From the NCBI GenBank assembly GCA_026936105.1, contig JAIXKI010000023.1, positions 35,484-99,483 of the forward strand: 64,000 nucleotides of DNA. The letters run 5' to 3'. Positions 60,534 to 64,000 of the stretch are shown in pieces. The DNA comes from Chitinophagales bacterium (lineage in GTDB: Bacteria; Bacteroidota; Bacteroidia; Chitinophagales; Chitinophagaceae). The notes under the pieces are model-generated. The model made no database searches. It was not told where the DNA came from and saw only the letters and a program-made list of their open reading frames with translations. The translations under genes were made by a program, and so were the position numbers. Positions within the stretch are counted from its first letter, which is position 1. Each line of letters begins with the position of its first letter.

Positions 60534-61427
60534 CTATCTTAATCTTCTTACAATAGCGTGCCTGAAATACTTCCAATTCAGCTTAAAAAATAAGCACAAA
60601 GCAATAAGATTACGATTTGGCCAATCAAATTTTTTATGAACCAAAGGGCTTTTGAAAAGATTTTTTGAAATAATATATGCCGAATATGTTTCAAAAAATA
60701 AAGCCTGAATAAGATTGAATTTGAATTTTTTGATCATGGATCGTCTTGACGTGGAGTGCCCTTCTGCCGATCGGTAATAATTTGTTGTGTCTACAAAAGC
60801 CAGCTTCCCCAATATTGATAACCTGCCCATAAATACCCAATCACAACCGATATACCTGCCGATTGGCTCCATATCAGCTACTTTTTTTTTAAACACCCCA
60901 TAAAAGTTTCCATTTTTTCCAACCCTGGAGAAATATTTAAAAATCCTTTTTCGAGGCGATTCACCATCCACCATAAACATATTTTCTTCAAAAAGAAATT
61001 TATCATTCGAATAATATTTTGCCACTCCCGAGCATAAAACATATCCAGAATTAGTTTCTAAAAATTGTACACATTTCTCAACATAATCCTTGTCGAAATA
61101 ATCATCATCGCTCATCCACATAAAGTATTCAGCCCGGGATTGTGAAAAAACAAAATTAAAATTACCTTCCAGTCCTATGTTTTCAGTCTGTCTAAAATAT
61201 TTTACTCTCTTGTCCTTCTCGGCAAAAGAATTTATTAAATCCTGCACAGCAGGATCAGAAGAACAATTATCAGAAATAATAATCTCAAGATTTGTATAGG
61301 TCTGGTCGATTAAGTACTCCAAGCATTTTTTTAATCCTTCCGGGCGATTAAAAGTAGGAACGCCCACAGACACAAGAGGAAAACCTGATCTTACCTGATT
61401 ACTAATTTCACCAGTTACTTCGCTCAT
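60534..61427 (-). CDS. Glycosyltransferase family 2
   Basis: VSVGVPTFNRPEGLKKCLEYLIDQTY..LEIIISDNCSSD is the GT2 N-terminal signature. Confidence 0.85.
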   Translation of the reverse strand: MSEVTGEISNQVRSGFPLVSVGVPTFNRPEGLKKCLEYLIDQTYTNLEIIISDNCSSDPAVQDLINSFAEKDKRVKYFRQTENIGLEGNFNFVFSQSRAEYFMWMSDDDYFDKDYVEKCVQFLETNSGYVLCSGVAKYYSNDKFLFEENMFMVDGESPRKRIFKYFSRVGKNGNFYGVFKKKVADMEPIGRYIGCDWVFMGRLSILGKLAFVDTTNYYRSAEGHSTSRRSMIKKFKFNLIQALFFETYSAYIISKNLFKSPLVHKKFDWPNRNLIALCLFFKLNWKYFRHAIVRRLR

Positions 61428-61464
61428 TTATTTTATGAATTTGTTTAGCTACCGGCAATGTAAA

Positions 61465-62202
61465 TCATTTCACCCTCCTGAGAAACCCGCCGCCAAATGC
61501 TTCTGTAATGAGTAATTTGTTTGTAATAGCTTCATCTTTTACAAATTTATCGGTTGTTTTCAAAAAAGCCTCCATAGCGGTATATGGGTTGTTACCAACA
61601 TCCCATGGTCTGTCTTTGACATATCCTTTGGGAAAAAATTCCACGAAAGTATCGGGCAGCAGTATATAGGAATCCAAGCTAACCAAAGGAGAATACAACT
61701 CCAATTCCCGGAGAACATGATCATGAGAATGATTTGAGTCAAGCGCCACCATTACTTTTTTAAAATCCTTAGAATAATTTGTTATCTTCTCAACGATTTT
61801 TTCATCAACAGATGATCCTTCAAGCATGGTAATACGCTTCATCATCGGATGCTTTTCTATTTCATCTCTATTATGTTTTCTGATATCAATATCCACAGCA
61901 ATTACTTTACCCTCATTCCCAAGCAATTCCAGCATAGAAGCGGAAAATATAATGGAACCTCCGTGTGCAATCCCCGTTTCAATGATCAGATCCGGCTGTA
62001 CCTGCCAGATTAGTTCCTGCATCGCCATAATGTCCTGAGGATACTTGATTACAGGCCTTCCCATCCAGCTAAAATTGTACGTATATTTATATTTATCGGA
62101 ATGTAACATCCATTCTAATGACTTTTTTTTAAGCTCCGTATCAAGGATCATTTCATTTTGAGCTGCTGCCCTCTCCTTCTTAAATTGTTCAATAGGATTC
62201 AT
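61465..62202 (-). CDS. CmcI/cephalosporin-hydroxylase-family SAM-dependent methyltransferase (sugar O-methyltransferase type)
   Basis: YTYNFSWMGRPVIKYPQDIMAMQELIWQVQPDLIIETGIAHGGS matches the CmcI family core. Confidence 0.75.
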   Translation of the reverse strand: MNPIEQFKKERAAAQNEMILDTELKKKSLEWMLHSDKYKYTYNFSWMGRPVIKYPQDIMAMQELIWQVQPDLIIETGIAHGGSIIFSASMLELLGNEGKVIAVDIDIRKHNRDEIEKHPMMKRITMLEGSSVDEKIVEKITNYSKDFKKVMVALDSNHSHDHVLRELELYSPLVSLDSYILLPDTFVEFFPKGYVKDRPWDVGNNPYTAMEAFLKTTDKFVKDEAITNKLLITEAFGGGFLRRVK

Positions 62203-62204
62203 AA

Positions 62205-63140
62205 TTATTTTTGTGATTTCAGATATTCAAAAATTTGTTTTATTTCAGATTGCAAAGAAAAGGTATTGTCTTCTACAAAACCAATACGTTTTAATTTTTC
62301 CATGCTTACAGTAAAAAAATTAGTACTCATTGGCTCTGTCCCTTCTATATTAACCTGCAGAGGTTTTTGAAACTCATTTTCATACACTTGCTTTACAATT
62401 TCAGCCACCTCCAACATGGTATTCCCCTTTGAAGAAGCTAAATTATAATTTTCATACTCATCAGGAAAATTGTGAATAATATAATCAATAGCCCTACTCA
62501 GGTTTTCCAGGTTCACAAAATTGCGCATTTGTTTACCGGAAGATTTTATTGTAATGGCTCCCAACTCAAACGCTTCTTTGCAAAAACATCCCGGAACTAA
62601 TGACCATCTGTTGAAAGCCTTCGTTATTATCGGGCCATAGACATTAGCAGGCCGGACAGAAACACATTTTATTTTCCCCAGACGGCTATACATTTCAGCA
62701 TACATTTCAGCAAATAAATGATTCAATCCATAATCATTTTGATATTTCAAAGCAGTGCTCTCAGAAATGGCACCGGTTAATTCTGTCCCATAAACCTGAA
62801 ATGTGGAAAAAACAAGGCATTTCCCAATATGATTTTTAACTGCAAAATCGAGTATATTTTTGGTACCTATCGCCGATAGCTCTATGCCCCTTAAAGAATT
62901 TTTTGAAATAATATCATTTGCTGTGGCTGTATGAATAATAATATCGGCATCATATTCTATGTTTTGGAGTTGTGCTGAATTAAGAATATCCAATTCAACA
63001 AGCCTTGCCTCCTTTAATAAATTCCTCGATGATTCATGAAAGTGCCTGGAACTGGCAATAACATGCTCGCCTTTTTTTAAAAAGAAATATGCAAGGTATG
63101 ACCCTATGAATCCATTTGCCCCCGTTATGAATATCTTCAT
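62205..63140 (-). CDS. NAD-dependent epimerase/dehydratase (SDR family)
   Basis: MKIFITGANGFIGSYL Rossmann motif, 311 aa. Confidence 0.85.
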   Translation of the reverse strand: MKIFITGANGFIGSYLAYFFLKKGEHVIASSRHFHESSRNLLKEARLVELDILNSAQLQNIEYDADIIIHTATANDIISKNSLRGIELSAIGTKNILDFAVKNHIGKCLVFSTFQVYGTELTGAISESTALKYQNDYGLNHLFAEMYAEMYSRLGKIKCVSVRPANVYGPIITKAFNRWSLVPGCFCKEAFELGAITIKSSGKQMRNFVNLENLSRAIDYIIHNFPDEYENYNLASSKGNTMLEVAEIVKQVYENEFQKPLQVNIEGTEPMSTNFFTVSMEKLKRIGFVEDNTFSLQSEIKQIFEYLKSQK

Positions 63141-63156
63141 CGCATTAGCATTATAA

Positions 63157-63999
63157 TTACGTCTTAAGATAAAACTCTTTTACTTTAATTTCCATAAAAT
63201 CAGCAGCCTTAATAGTTCGAGGTTTCTCCTGCTTCTCAATTCCGCCTTTTTCTAAAACAAAAGTAATCCCGCCATATTTCCTAAACGTATGAACAAACCA
63301 ATTGTCAGCATTAATTATTTTTTCTGCAGTCTTTTTACCAAATACCCTTTTTAAAAGTGGAGTAATAGCGTTATACAATTTAAACCTAAGTTTTGTATTG
63401 GGTTTTTTGAATGCCTCGGCCATGACTCTTGGCACAATTAATATTGGTGACAGGGTTTTTTCGTATTTCAGATTGCCTTCCCTTTTTAAATAATCTAGAG
63501 TATGAACATCAAAATAATGAATATGCCCATGAAGAACGTTATCCCTAATATTTTTTGCTACAATCTCAGGTGTTTCATGAGGTACGGTAATTATCAAAAC
63601 TCCCGATGTAATCCTGAGCAATTCTGCTATAGCCTTTTTATAGTCAGTAACATGCTCAATCGTTTCACTACAAACTGTTACTTCAAACTCGTTATCAGCA
63701 AATGGCAGATGGTGTATATCGCAGGTCGTACCTTTTATATCGAAAATCTCCTTTGCTCTTAGACATGCATTAGAGGAAAAATCGGTGATCTGTACTTTTG
63801 CTCCGAATAACTTTTGAATTAAATAAGCCGTGTATCCTTCTGCGCCACCAATATCTATCAGATTTGAGAATTTATATCTACTTAAAGCATTTAGTATAGA
63901 TTTTGTTATGATATACCTTGAAATATGACTTGTGGATGAATGCTTATTCCGATACCCATATATGGGTTGAAGTGAAAAGTAAATTCCTTCAACAGTCAT
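63157..63999 (-). CDS. Class I SAM-dependent methyltransferase
   Basis: Motif I LIDIGGAEGY and the downstream VTVCSETIEHV. The start codon lies at the window edge, so the true 5' end is unverified. Confidence 0.7.
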   Translation of the reverse strand: MTVEGIYFSLQPIYGYRNKHSSTSHISRYIITKSILNALSRYKFSNLIDIGGAEGYTAYLIQKLFGAKVQITDFSSNACLRAKEIFDIKGTTCDIHHLPFADNEFEVTVCSETIEHVTDYKKAIAELLRITSGVLIITVPHETPEIVAKNIRDNVLHGHIHYFDVHTLDYLKREGNLKYEKTLSPILIVPRVMAEAFKKPNTKLRFKLYNAITPLLKRVFGKKTAEKIINADNWFVHTFRKYGGITFVLEKGGIEKQEKPRTIKAADFMEIKVKEFYLKT

Positions 64000-64000
64000 A

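Overview
The window looks like a chromosomal segment from a Bacteroidota-type genome, judged from many lipoproteins, TonB-dependent receptors and a tmRNA tag ending in AMAA. All homology calls were made by eye from remembered family motifs; no searches were run.

Positions 1-17.5 kb form one accessory island, entirely on the minus strand:
- An HD-less cas10 is followed by heavily fused RAMP genes: Cas7-Csx10-helical tail, Cas7-Cas7, a csx19-like gene, and a TIGR03986-like Cas7 with an extra N-terminal domain. This gene set fits type III-D.
- Next come four cyclic-oligoadenylate pathway genes: a CARF-RelE (Cami1-like) effector, a DUF1874/Crn2 ring nuclease, a Csx3-P-loop fusion, and a Card1/Can2-like CARF-nuclease. 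cas6 lies between the Csx3 fusion and Card1/Can2.
- The adaptation module has a stand-alone reverse transcriptase with retron-type motifs, split by an in-frame TAG, followed by cas1 and cas2.
- A 31-repeat CRISPR array runs off the left edge of the window.
- A decayed IS630-type transposase fragment marks the right border of the island.

Three spacers tile the 3' end of one protein-coding gene in three synonymous allelic versions. The sense of that gene matches mRNA targeting by minus-strand crRNAs.

The remaining ~46 kb is ordinary core genome:
- Housekeeping genes: hutI, L31, yajQ, ltaE, pgi, msrA, sdaA, dapF, an ABC-F ATPase and an ABC exporter.
- RNA genes: tmRNA, two tRNA-Ser and one tRNA-Cys.
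- A sialidase-centred glycan-degradation cluster.
- A surface-polysaccharide cluster with glycosyltransferases and methyltransferases.
- A secreted-protein gene broken at an A7 homopolymer.
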